Assembly (NCBI RefSeq): GCF_009914755.1
Contig: NC_060934.1
Strand: one strand, 5' to 3'
DNA: 64,000 nt
DNA from: the human T2T-CHM13v2.0 reference genome, Homo sapiens
The notes under the pieces were generated by a model. It worked only from the letters and a program-made list of their open reading frames with translations, made no database searches and was not told the DNA's origin. The position numbers and the translations under genes are program-made. The stretch's first letter is position 1. Each line of letters begins with the position of its first letter. Shown in pieces: positions 1 through 12,309 of this stretch.

Positions 1-470
1 TCCCATCTTGTTCTGCTCCCCAGATGCATTCTCTGCTCTTCTCTGTGCCCTGGGAGGCTGATCCCTGCAGATACATCTCTTGGTGTGCTGGCTGATTTTG
101 AGTTGAGTTTGGCCATTGAGAGGCCCCGGTAGGAGACAGGAGAGTGGGAAGAGAGGTCAGTGTATAACTTCTGAGCCCTCTGCTTCTGTAGTATGTCTCT
201 AGAAGTAGCTGCGCTCAATTACTTCAAATTACAGCTTCTGCCAATTAGCTCCTTATCTATGGTTCTAGTTTTCAGTAGACTCTAGCAATTGTCTTGGCCC
301 TGGGCCCCAGGGCTGGTAATGGCCCTAGGAGGCTGGTAATAGCCTCCTATTGTTGCTAGTCTCTGGATGCATCAACCACCCTAACTTTTCCTTAACCTGC
401 CCTCTCCTCTGTCCTTACATCTTCTTCATTCAAATCACCTGGAATGAATTCTTTCCTGCATGGGCCCTGG
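1..470 (-). mobile_element. ERVL LTR fragment, LTR33-like
   Basis: ctctgtgccctgggaggctga...tttggccattgagaggccccggtaggaga resembles the reverse LTR33 consensus (from memory); runs off the window start; boundaries approximate. Confidence 0.5.
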
Positions 471-580
471 CAGTTAAACTTCTGAATGTTCGAATCTCTT
501 CTTGTAAGTCATGTAATGCCATGCCATCAACTCCAGGGAAGCCTTCTTACCTCTTTCAGGCAGATGCAGTCCCCAGTTCT

Positions 581-1288
581 TTTATTTTATTTTATTTTAT
601 TATTATTATACTTTAAGTTTTAGGATACATGGGCACATAGTGCAGGTCAGTTACATATGTATACATGTGCCATGCTGGTGTGCTGCACCCATTAACTCGT
701 CAGTTAGTATTAGGTATATCTCCTAATGCTATCCCTCCCCCCTCTCCCCACCCCACAACAGTCCCCAGAGTGTGATGTTCCCCTTCCTGTGTCCATGTGA
801 TCTCATTGTTCAATTCCCACCTATGAGTGAGAACACGAGGTGTTTGGTTTTTTGTCCTTGCGATAGTTTACTGAGAATGATGATTTCCAATTTCATCCAT
901 GTCCCTACAAAGGACATGAACTCATCATTTTTTATGGCTGCATAGTATTCCATGGTGTATATGTGCCACATTTTCTTAATCCAGTCTATCATTGTTGGAC
1001 ATTTGGGTTGGTTCCAAGTCTTTGCTATTGTGAATAGTGCCACAATAAACATACATGTGCATGTGTCTTTATAGCAGCATGATTTATAGTCCTTTGGGTA
1101 TATACCCAGTAATGGGATGGCTGGGTCAAATGGTATTTCTAGTTCTAGATCCCTGAGGAATCACCACACTGACTTCCACAATGGTTGAACTAGTTTACAG
1201 TCCCACCAACAGTGTAAAAGTGTTCCTATTTCTCCACATCCTCTCCAGCACCTGTTGTTTCCTGACTTTTTAATGATTGCCATTCTAA
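581..1288 (-). mobile_element. 5'-truncated young L1 (L1PA2/L1PA3-like): ORF2 C-terminus, 3'UTR and A-rich tail
   Basis: ORF 810..1052 is the ORF2p C-terminus; the upstream [18 protein letters not shown] knuckle is followed by an in-frame TGA at 1161-1163; perfect 15-bp TSD GCAGTCCCCAGTTCT at 566-580 and 1289-1303. Confidence 0.95.
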
Positions 1289-1324
1289 GCAGTCCCCAGT
1301 TCTAAGAGCAGGGGTGAGGCAGCC

Positions 1325-1594
1325 CCAACCAGGTCGCTCATCAGAATTGCATGGAGAGCTTTGAAAAAGATGCAGATCCTGAGACCCCACCTATTGAATG
1401 GCACTTTTCTAGAGTGAGGTTTTACAGTTTCTATTTTTAAAAAGATCTGAGCAAGAGGGCAAGGTGGTGATAATTGTGCAAGTTAGGTGCTGGATACGTG
1501 GGATTTGTTACACCATTTTCTCTACTTTTGTGTATGTTTGAAAGTTTTCACTACAAAAAAGAATCATATTAAGATTCTAAGTTGAGAACCACTG
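1325..1594. mobile_element. MER5-like hAT-Charlie MITE interrupted by an old L1M 3'-end fragment (~1460-1560)
   Basis: catcagaattgcatggagagctttg body; terminal gttgagaaccactg at 1581-1594; L1M-type ctctacttttgtgtatgtttgaaa...aaaaaa in between. Confidence 0.45.
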
Positions 1595-2092
1595 ATTCAA
1601 AGTGGAAATCTGATATTTGTTTTGCTCATCTCATTGTTCTTTTTCTTCATTGGCCTCGGTCAGACCATGGTAGGGTCCCCATATGTGTAAACAATTGGAA
1701 CGAGGCAGAGATCCAGCATCTTCTATTGACTGTAGTCTTAGGCACCATGAACCCAGGAACTCTGGTCTTGTCTCATCGGATACCTTTATAGATTGGGTTG
1801 AGCTGATTTGGCCAAATCTATTGGTCTTTTTTGAGCAGTTCCCACTCACATAGACACAATTTGTGACCTTTAACCAAATTCTGTAAGTGTAAGGTTGGAA
1901 AACCCAAGTCACTGCACTCTGGGATGGCTCTCCTTCCCTTCTTTATGAGAAAGTTCTCAGGAGTCCCGCAGTTCTATTTGTACTGTACCAGAAAAGGACC
2001 CAGAGTTCCAAGTAGCAAATTCAGGTTTCCAGTCCCTGCTCCTGTGTGATCTTGGGAAGACAATTCCCTTTAGAATTTCTTCAATTTCATGT

Positions 2093-2338
2093 CATAGTAG
2101 TGAAAGCACCATCTCTGACTTTGAACCCGAGTTCTGCCACTTCCTAACCATGTGACTTGGGGCAGATTGTTCAACTTCTGTATGCCCCAATTTGTTCATG
2201 TGTAAAATGGAAATATTAATAGAAACCACATCATTAGGTAGTTGAGAATATTAAATGAGCTACTATATGTAAAGGGAATAGCATTGTGTGTGGTGTATCA
2301 CAAGTTCTGGATACATGCTAGCTGATGTTATCATTATT
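2093..2338 (+). mobile_element. MIR SINE
   Basis: MIR core ttctgccacttcctaaccatgtgacttggggcag...tgtaaaatgg. Confidence 0.75.
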
Positions 2339-3759
2339 GCTCCTTAAATTTATATTTATAACTTTGGAGAGCTAGGCAGAAGGAAACAGCAACAGTTTCA
2401 GATACAGAGCTTCCAGGGATTTTTTTCTTTATCATAATATAATTTGAAAACTACTGCTGCAGCTATTGAAGAAATGAATGGCTATAAAATTTTGGGGGAA
2501 AAAATCCATTCAAAAAAGCCTGTGTGGTTGACTCTGTAGTTGCTGGTCGTTTTGTAGAGTTCTGGGATTTTGCCACCCTGGGTGAAACGGCTGGCTGGTC
2601 CTGAAACTGCTCTTTCCCTGCTCTGGCCTGGGACTGTCAGGAGCGGCTTGAGTTACTAGTTTTGATGTGTGGGAGGCGGTAGTGGAGGAAAGAATGGAGG
2701 AGCATCTAGGATGCTCCTGAATCAAGTGGGAAAAGACAAAAGGCTGAGATGGCCTTGGCTAATGTACAACCTTTCTCAGCCAATTTGAGGACACCCGGCT
2801 TCATTTAGCAAACCTGACCTCATGTTCCTGTCAATTAAAAACTATGCAAATGTGTTTTGAATTTTGTAGGCAAGGGTGTATTATCTCCTAATGCTGACTA
2901 TTAAAATTCCTGATAAAAGCCAATATCCAAAAGTTGGATAGCAAGACAGAGAGTCAGAGAGAAAGAAATTTGGGCCTTTTAATAATTGAGTACAAAAATA
3001 CATACATTAATACATAATTGTACTAAAGAACAAGTGCTTAAGCCCTCTCTTGGCAGGGAGGAAAAGATTAACCTCCCCTTTACATACAAGCTAACCTAAT
3101 CTACTAAACTAAAAAATATATATATATTGTTTGTTTTTTATTGTGGAATCTGGGCTTCACAGGAGTGAGATGCTAAGTGACATAAACTGCTTCACTCTTA
3201 AACCAGGATCTAGCAAATGGTTGAAAGCTAGCCCATCTGTAAAGAAGTATGTCTTCACTCTGAAATACTGGTCACTCACACTCTGGCATATTCTGTTATT
3301 TCCTCCAATCCCTTGTGGCATGTATTTAAAAGTCACTGGCTGAGAAAAGTCGGATTCCATTGCTAGTTTTGATTTGAGAATGGCAAGGAGGGACCTCATC
3401 ATAGTGCAGGACTCAGAACCTACCATTCACCCTGTTGTTCTGAAGACGGTCAAAGAGTCACATGCGGTGGCTGCCTACCTCCTGATGGTGTGCTCCAGTA
3501 CTTGTCTGTGCTTTACCCCTTTCTTTGCGGGGAATCACGCTTCCCTGGAAACTCTTTTCTTTCTGCTCCCTCCTCTAACATGTGTCCTGAACAAGAGCTA
3601 TGTGACAATGCCTTTCAGGTCGTGGTGGATGGTTTCATGGCAGGCAACTGATGGAAGCTGAGCAGTCAGTGTCTTAACCCTCACATTGGTTCAGCACTGG
3701 GTAAGGGACCCAAGCTACTTAAAGTACAATCTTTCCTTGGGATTAATTCCTGCCCCTAA

Positions 3760-4092
3760 CCTTTTATTATGAAAATTTTCAAACATCACAAAGTTGAAAG
3801 AACTGTATCGTGAACACCCGCCACCCAAACTCTACCAGTAGCCATTAACATTTTATTACATTTGCTTTATCTCATATCTATCCATCTCACCAGCTATTAA
3901 TTCAATTTCTTTTTGTTGCATTTAAAAGTGGATTGCAAATATTATACACATCTCCATAAATGTTTCAGCTTGTGTTCATTAAGTAAGATTCAGTATTTGT
4001 TTACAGTGGGCTTTCTTTTTGCTATAAAAATTACATACAATGAAATGCACATATCTTAAGGGTATATTTGCAGAGTTTTGGCAGTTGTACAC
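3760..4092 (-). mobile_element. old L1M (L1MC/L1ME) 3'-end fragments
   Basis: ttttattatgaaaattttcaaacat...aagttgaaaga and catacaatgaaatgcacatatcttaag are typical reverse L1M 3' UTR starts. Confidence 0.55.
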
Positions 4093-5806
4093 ACTCAGGA
4101 TTTATTTTCATCAGGGGTGGAGACAGAGTCCCTTTCCCACCAGGAATGTGAGGCTCAAAAATGTGAGCCTAGAGTGGGGGACAGCTATGACTCCAACCTT
4201 CAGATTCTGAAAGCCAGCTAGGGATAAGAGAGCTGACATACCAATGTGGAGGCAGAGCTGAGAGATAAAAATAATGTTGAAAGTATTGCAGTCACTTTGG
4301 CCCTTTTTTTATTCAGTTTGTTAAATGCGCCTGTAAATTCCCATATTTGCTGAAATGATTTGGAGTTTTTTTTTACTTGCACCCAGAATCCTAACACATA
4401 AACGGTCCCCTTTAATTCTAATTAATGCATTATGTCTCTATTGCAGATATGGTGTCTATTATAGGTATCTACCAAGTGCAGAGGGCTTACGAAAGTCTAA
4501 GATTCCTTTCAAATCTAGGAGACTATGGATCTGGTAAGATGAAAGCATTGGTCTCACCTAGGTCCTAGCTATGGATCCATCATATATATGAAATAAACAA
4601 TTTTGCACAGATACTAGCATCTTTATTCAAAGCATAATCTCCAACTTAAATAAAAGCAAAAGCAAAAAAAGAATAACCTCAATATTAAAAGTATAGTTAT
4701 TAATATTAGAAGCAGGACCCTAATGGACTTATCGATTATTATTTCCAACTTTGAACATTATCCAGTTTTTGTGGCTTTAGCTAAATAATTACAGAAACAG
4801 AGGCAGTGTGTTTTCACTGTTAGAGATGAAATAGGTTGAAAAATGCCAAAATGGATCCAATGTGGAAAATGTTGAATCCATGTGTGAGAGAAGGGAAAAG
4901 AGAGGAAAGCTTTCAATTATTTGAGGGGGAGTAAAGGAAGTCTTTATTGCCCAAGAGAAATTTCTACTGTTAGATTTTTGGTTCTTGCTTATGATACTAT
5001 TTATCAGTTGTGTTATTTTGGTATTGTATGGCCAATATTGATTTCCTTTTCTCTCTTTGTCTCAAACCAAAATAAAAGTCTCTCTTTGGTGATTTCTATA
5101 AAAGTCAGAATAGAGGTTGTTTTGGGGGGCAAGGGAAAGGCTTGTGATTAGAATGGGCTCATGGAGGGGTTCCAGTGTGGGTGTCCAAGTTCTGTTTCTT
5201 GACCTAATGGTGATTACAAGAGTGTTCACCTTATATTAAGCTATGCGCTTATTTTGCTGGGGTTCTATGTTTGTATTTTATATTTTACAATACAAATCTT
5301 ACAATCTGGAGCAAATATGTAAAGATTGTTAAGATTTGATAAAGCTATGGGGTGGGTTTATTATGAGTGTATTTTTCTGTACCATTGGAACATTTTACAA
5401 TATAATATTTGAATTAAAAAAATTCTTCTGTAAGCTCTAGCTTCTCTATAAAGGATGGACATTTTATATAGGCTCTCATTCTGAGATCTGTCCACACTGG
5501 CAGTAAATGACAATCATCTCAAAATTGTCACTATCATCTTTTTCTTTTGCACCTTCCCCTCAAAGTAGTTCCTCAATCTCCAAATCTTCCCAGTTGGTCA
5601 ACTTTTTTGCACTAGTCTTAGCCTGGTTCATTTTTTTTTTTTTTTGTAGAACATTTGAACTGTACTGTACATTTGAACAATAAATCTTGACTGACCAGAT
5701 CTACTCATTGCCAAAGTGAATGAGGCAACTAATGTAATTATTTGGGTAATTTATGTTAAAGATTTCCAGTTCAGATAATTCAAATGTAAGCACAGAAAAG
5801 AGTGTA

Positions 5807-5936
5807 GGCTGGGTGCAGTGACTCACACCTGCAATCTCAGCATTTTGGGAGGCTGAGGTGGAAGGATTGCTTGATCCAGGAGCTCAAGACCAGCCTGGGC
5901 AACATAGCAAGATCCCCAACTCCATTAAAAAAAAAA
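5807..5936 (+). mobile_element. FLAM_C / Alu left monomer
   Basis: ggctgggtgcagtgactcacacctgcaatc...cagcctgggcaacatagcaagatccc followed by an A tail. Confidence 0.85.
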
Positions 5937-6044
5937 TTTTAAGACTTAGTGGTGATTGTCTTGTATGACCTAATTGTTGCCTAATTCCTCATTTCGTTTG
6001 GATTTTCAGTTTCTTGGTATTACGTATAAGCAGGTAATTTGTAA

Positions 6045-6225
6045 CAACGATAGCTAATAATGTTTAAGTGCTTGCTGTGTGCTAAGTACTGTGCAAAGCA
6101 CTTTACAAACATCATTTCATTTAATCATTCCATACGTCGCGAAATAAGTACTATTATTGTCCCAAATTTAAAGATAAGAAGCCTGAGGCTTCTCAGGATG
6201 ATTTTTCCAAGTCACACAGTTACCG
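6045..6225 (-). mobile_element. MIR SINE
   Basis: Reverse MIR: gtactgtgcaaagcactttac...ctgaggct...ccaagtcacacag. Confidence 0.7.
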
Positions 6226-6244
6226 TGTGAACTGAACTGTCAAA

Positions 6245-6360
6245 GAAGGCCCTGTACCTGGTTTAATGCTCTGAGGTCATTGTCTTGAGATTCTTAATAA
6301 TTTTTGAACAAGGAGCCCTGTATTTTCATTTTACACTGAACTCAGCAAGTTATGCACTGT
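6245..6360. mobile_element. MER91-like hAT MITE fragment nested in the MIR
   Basis: ggtttaatgctctg...gtcttgagattcttaataatttttgaacaaggagccctgtattttcattttacactg matches MER91 as recalled. Confidence 0.55.
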
Positions 6361-8948
6361 GAGGTAGAACAGGGCCAGAAACTCCAGAGGCATGCAGCTA
6401 ACCCCTATTCCTTTCTGCTGCTTTATTCTTCTCCAAGTAAAGTTAGGAGAGGGAAAAAGCAAAGAAACAGAACAACCAAGACAGACAAAAACACCCAAAC
6501 AAACAACTGAATAACAACAAAGAAACTAGAAACAGGTGACCAGCTGATATGGCATATGGATATAAGTAAAGACAGCAAGAAACAAATCTGTGAAGAATAA
6601 TTTAAAAGTGTGTGTTTTGTGCTTAGATTAACATTTCCTGGATATTGTGCTTGGTAAATGAAATTAATATCTGAGACTTCCTCTAAATGAACCTATTCCC
6701 CTGACATAAAGTTTATTTTTTCTGTATTCATCACATATAGTTAAGACAAGAGTTATCTTTTCTGAAACCAACCGTTTTTGAACAAGAGCACAATCTGTAG
6801 ATTTGCTTGTTGTTTTTTTACAACTGGGAATAGCTTCTCACTGCCTGGTGTTTAGACCTATAAATTCATCCACACATGCCCCAAATGAAACTACGTGCAG
6901 AAAACAGCAGAAAAACAATGGCTACAGAATGAGGAAGGCTGAGTTGTGAGCAAACTCGTGCGTGTGAGATGTAGGGAGGAGTTTGGTCACTTCTTTTGCC
7001 TGTGATTCCTTTATTTCCCACTTTTTCTGATATGAATCTTGATGCTCCTTTTTTCTGTGACTGCTTTGGGAGCTCCATTTTCCATCCTTCTTCAATTTTT
7101 GCCCTTGTTTTGCTTGTGGTGCCTGCCTGTGCTTGTTTCCTTGTTCAAGTTGCTCAATTTGAGCTGCTCGTTCATGGCTTGTCTGATGTGGCCTCCAGGG
7201 TCTTCATGGCTTGGCAGCGACAAAAAGCTTGGCTCTCACTCTTCCCTGGTGTGACTTGTTCTGTGGAGGGTGAGGGTTAGGGCTGGTGGTAGCAAAAAAG
7301 CAGAAACTGGTGCAGAGGTTCCAGTTCCTACTCAAGGCCCACTGAGGCATTCACCACCTGCCTCTGGAGAGCTTTGAGACTTAGATGACTTGAAAGTTTA
7401 AAATATTTTACCTTAGTTGTGACTTCTTCATCAGAAAGTCAAATCCCAGGAGAAAGAGCTTTCCTTGCCATGCAGGGGCTTGGCTACAGTTCACTAGTGG
7501 TTACCGACATTCCCTCTCTGGCCCCACCCAGCTCAATAATGCCCATCATTGTTTCCAAAAGGGCTTCCCCTGTGTCTGGTGCAGACCTGTAGAGGCAGCT
7601 CCACAGCAGCATCCAGCTGACGCCACAGCCTCCTCAGAGCTGGAGCATGCTTCCCAACCACCAACATTCCAAACTGGAGGATTGTCATGGGTAATGTGAC
7701 AAGGAATTTTTTCCTGCTTCTGAATTCAGGATGGATATTAAATAATAAAAATAATACTTACCCAAAGCCCCCAAGGTTTGTTTGTAGGATCTTCACCACA
7801 TACTTGTCAGAGAGACAGGATAAGAACCATTACTATTCCTATATTACCAGTGCAGAAACTGAATTTTGGGGAAGTTGTGATTCCCGAAGGTCTATCTAGG
7901 AGTTTAACTTAGATCTTTCTATGCCAAGAACAGTGTTTCTTCATTGCTGCATCACATTACCTGTGCCATGAAACAAATTTAGAGTAGAAGGAAGTTAATT
8001 AAGAAAGCTGGGTGTGGATTTCAGGGTGAAGATGGAAATACTATTATTATTAGTGACTCTAGGATGTGGATCTAAATTGTCAGCCTCTCCAGTGATGGCC
8101 AGGCATGGTCAGAACAGAGAGGAAAGGCCATTTCTGTATCAGGAATCAAGGAAATTGATGGGAAAGAAAAATGCTGACCCCTCTAGGAAAATTAACCACC
8201 CCCAGAATAATGACCGCACATTTTATGGTTAACTGGAGAACAGATCGTGTTCTCTAGAATCTTACACTGACCAAGGTTGAAAGAATCTTGAAGAGAATTT
8301 CTTGTTTCTCAAAGTGGAGTACACAGCAGTCTCTTGGGGTCCTTGAAGCTACATATTAAGTTATTGCACATCTATCTCCCTGGAGCAACAATTCTATCTG
8401 ATAAAAATGAAAAAACAAAACTCATGTTACTATATTAAAAACCCCAACATCTTATGGAGAAGAAGGCAGTTTTGGCCTGAATCTGAGAGGAGGAAAAACT
8501 GCATGCCTGCAATGGATCTCTTTAGATCAATACACCCCAGGGTCCTAACTCTAGGAATAAGTTTTTATTCTCTTGTATCTTTGGGCTATTTCTGTGAAAA
8601 GTTTGAAAAGCACTGGTCATGTTAGTAGACAAGTAGAAATGAAGATATTAAATTATTCTCCTATGGTCACAGAAGGACTGGGCAGGCCCAAGGTCCCTTG
8701 AATCCTTCCTACTGCCACCTTCATTGTTCCATAAATATATTCTTTGCTGTGGAAAGGTTTGTAAAATGTAAGTGTATCTTCCTGGCTTAGGGAGATTTAT
8801 TGGTAACATTTTTTTAAATAATAAAAATATTCAGTGTTTGTGAAACACTGAATTAGAAAAAACAAATAATGAAATAGAAATTTATCCAGCCTATTTGGTA
8901 GAATAGCTGGAATACAAGTACTAAAAAACTTGGAGTTTGTACATCTTT

Positions 8949-9520
8949 AAAAAATTTTTTAAATAAATTGATGAGGTACAAATTTAATTTTATTACATCC
9001 ATAGATTTTGTAGTGGTAAAGTCAGGGCTTTTAGGGTATCCATCACCAAATAACGCACATTGTGCCCATTAAGTAATTTCTCACCATCCACATCCCTTTC
9101 ACTCTCTCACCCTTATGAGTCGCCAATGCCTATCATTCCCCACTCAATGTCCACGTGGACACATTATTTAGTTCCCACTTATAAGACAGAACAGGCTGTA
9201 TTTGTCTTTCTGTTTCTGAGTTGTTTCACTTAAAATAATGGCCTCCAGTTCCATTCAAGCTGCAAAAGAGTGATGTCATTCTTTTTAATTGCTGCATAGT
9301 ATTCCATTGTATATATGTACCACATTTTCCTTATCCAATCATCTGTTGATGGATGGACACTTAGATTAATTCCGTATCTTTGCTATTGTGAATAGTGCTT
9401 CAATAAATATGTGGGTGTAGGTACTTTTTTTAATATGTTGATTTCTTTTCCTTTGGGTAGATACCCAGCAGTGGGATTGCTGGATCAAATGGTAGTTCTA
9501 TTTTTAGTTCTTTGAGAAAC
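8949..9520 (-). mobile_element. L1PB (L1PB3/4-like) 3' end inserted into an older + strand L1ME remnant
   Basis: gtagtggtaaagtcagggcttttagggtatccatcacc 3'UTR, then ORF2 end to gatacccagcagtgggattgctggatcaaatggtag; degraded TSD tgtacatcttt (8938-8948) / tgtactcttt (9521-9530). Confidence 0.8.
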
Positions 9521-10131
9521 TGTACTCTTTGACAAAGAAATTCTACTTCTATAGATTTTTTTCTCCAAGGAAATAAATATGAAAGTATGTAGCCATAAAG
9601 ATGTTCATTTCAAGATTGTTGAAAATAGTGAAAACTTGGAAACAATTTAAATGTCTAATATTTGGGATATGATTTAAGTAAGTTGTAATACATCTTTACC
9701 ATAGAACACCATTGTAGCCTCACACCCCATTTAAATGATGCTGTGAAGGTTAAAAGAGTACGGATTCTAAAACTTGATTTCTTGGGTTTGCAGCCTGATT
9801 GTGAACTTACTACCTGTTAGATATTGGTAAAGTTTCTTAAATTGCCAGTGCCTCAGTTTCTTTTTTCATTTTTTCCTTTTTAAACGTATACCTTGCTGTT
9901 CATGTACAACTCAGTGTCTCAGCTTCTTCATGAAGATAATGATGTAGCATTACACCTTCCTCATAGGGAACTTACCAGGTACTTATCAAATATTAGCTAT
10001 TGGTAGATAAGCAGTTACCAAGCAGGAAAGTCATGTATTACTTCTTATTAAATACAAATCATTGGTTAACAAAAGTCTGTACAATATGACAATGTATTGT
10101 ATTTTAAAAGATCCTTTTAGAAGGTCTAGAC

Positions 10132-10381
10132 CAGTAATTCCCAAACTGTGTGCCAAGGAATCCTGGGGCACTATGGTGAATTCACAGCAACACCCATCCC
10201 AATATATTCTAAAATTTCTAGGGAAACACAGTGACACCTTTGGACACTGGGAACTACATACTACCATTAAGGTGTTTGGACTAAACTACATAATAAACAT
10301 AATTTATTTTGGTCTAAAATGCTAGACAAATTTACGGAGACACTGAGAGTGCCATGAACCAAGAAAGCTTGAGAACCTCTA
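10132..10381. mobile_element. hAT-Charlie non-autonomous element
   Basis: TIR-like ends cagtaattcccaaact / agcttgagaacctcta; flanks gtctagac and atctagct fit the NTCTAGAN Charlie target. Confidence 0.55.
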
Positions 10382-10534
10382 ATCTAGCTTGTGGACATAT
10401 ACCAAGGTGTTGATGTTACTGAGAGGTGGTATTACATGTGCTTCATGTTTTTTTTTTTCTGCTTCTGATTTATCTAGACTTTCTAATTTTCTGCAGTGAA
10501 CATTTACTATCTTAATTAAAACAATTTCTTCCTG

Positions 10535-11110
10535 AATCCGTGCAACAACCATTTATTAAGCACTATTTGGTGTCAATTTCTGGGCTGGACACAGGAAGGC
10601 AAAGATGCCACACCCTCAAGGAGCGCATACTTGAGGGTGAGTCTGGAATGTAAACAAATAATTGCTGTTCAGTAGAACAGGCTCTGAGACAGTGGTGCTG
10701 ATTGGAGTGGGAGCTCTGAGCTCTGCTTTTGGAGATTAGTGCAAAGTTAGGCACATCTTGTGGGATAAATGGGACTTCCAACTGGAAATGGAGAAGGGGT
10801 AGAAGAATGTTCCTCCTTGTGGTTTGTGGGTGGAGACTTGGATACATTTGGTGGGGGGTTAAAAGACTGGAAAGGCAGGCAAGGTTAGAATAAGAAGGCT
10901 TTGGTGGGGCATGCCTTGGACTGGGCAGTTAACTTGTAAAGGACAGAAAAACGCTGACAGGTTTTAAGCAGGGGAGTGTTATAAATGTTGTGCTGTGGAA
11001 GGATCACTCTGGCAGCACTGTGGAGACAGCACAGGGAGGCTGGGAGAGAGCTGGACAGGGAAGGGGACCAGCCAGGAGGATTTTGTAATAGCCCAGGAAA
11101 GAGGTCATGA
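10535..11110 (-). mobile_element. L2 LINE 3' region
   Basis: caacaaccatttattaagcact...ccctcaaggagc...ttttaagcaggggagtg...ggatcactctggcagc. Confidence 0.65.
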
Positions 11111-11504
11111 AGCCCCAGTTGGCTAACAACAGATTATGTAATGGGCCCCTGTGGACTAAATCAGCAAAAGCAAATGATCCAGATGTAGAACACTGTTCAT
11201 CTCAAAATATGTTGGTATCTTTAAAAGTAAAAACTTTTTTTTCTGGTGATAAAGATAATACATGTTCAATACAGAAATTTGGAAACTATAGAAATGTACA
11301 AAGAAGAAAATGAAAGCATCTATAATCCCATGAACTGGAGCTGAGATATATGTATATGTACATATACTGTATATGAGAGATAAAAATTAAATATTATATT
11401 TATATTTAAATACTGATTTATAAATCTCATATATACATAGTTTATTTAAACTATGTGCATATGGTAAAATAAAATTAACTTAGAGAAGGATAGAAAATAA
11501 AAAG

Positions 11505-11740
11505 TAAATATTGAATGTTTACCACATGCTGGGCACAAAATATAAGAACTTACATATATTTGGTTATTTAATTCTCACAGCAACCTTGTGAGAAAGGTCT
11601 GCATGTATTCTGCCATTTTACTGATAAGTGAATTGAAGTACAGAAAGATCAATGTGACTTACCCAAGGTTCAGTAACTTGTAAGTATCAGAGCTGGGATT
11701 TGAAAGGAAACTAAGCTGTTTTTCCTCCAGGGCCTGTACC
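11505..11740 (-). mobile_element. MIR SINE
   Basis: tttaattctcacagcaaccttgtgag...gtgacttacccaagg...agagctgggatttgaa. Confidence 0.7.
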
Positions 11741-11832
11741 ATGAAATCGTGATGGGGCAATTTTGAATGATGTATTTAAACTTCTGTTGTTTGATTCATT
11801 GACTTTACACAGTGACTCCTGACACTCCACTA

Positions 11833-12040
11833 CAGCGTTGTCCAACTAAACTTGCTGCGGTGATGGTGATGGACAGATTCAATATCTGTTCAATCTAGTA
11901 CAGTAGCCACTAGCCACATGTAGCTAGCTGTTGAGCACTACAAATGCTGCTACTGTGAACAAGAGGCTGCATTTTAAATTTTAATTAATTTAAATTTAAA
12001 TGACCAACTGCTGCTAGTGGCCACCCATGGGACACCACAG
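11833..12040. mobile_element. MER3-like hAT-Charlie MITE
   Basis: cagcgttgtccaa...gtagccactagccacatgtagct...aatttaaatttaaat...ctagtggccacc. Confidence 0.7.
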
Positions 12041-12309
12041 ATCTCCATAAGATAAAAAAAAAAATGAACACCTCATCCCTTGGTCATATTCTCTGTCCCA
12101 GTAAAACCAACTTTATTTCTTATTTCAGTCCTTTCCCATGATCATCTCCATAAAACATGCCTATATTTATATTTCTTGATTTACTGAATTGAACATTATG
12201 TTGTCCATGCCGTGTAAGATGAGAAATTATTTTGTGTACGCCACTCCCCCACCCCTCTCTTCTCATTTTTATGAATTTATTTCTATCATTGGTTACCTGT
12301 ATACTTTGG

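Noticed and set aside
810-1052. 80-aa ORF as a gene
   Set aside because: It is the C-terminus of L1 ORF2p in a truncated insertion, with an in-frame stop upstream
10610-10635. ccctcaaggagc similarity to miR-28
   Set aside because: Generic L2 3'-end sequence with no opposing arm nearby
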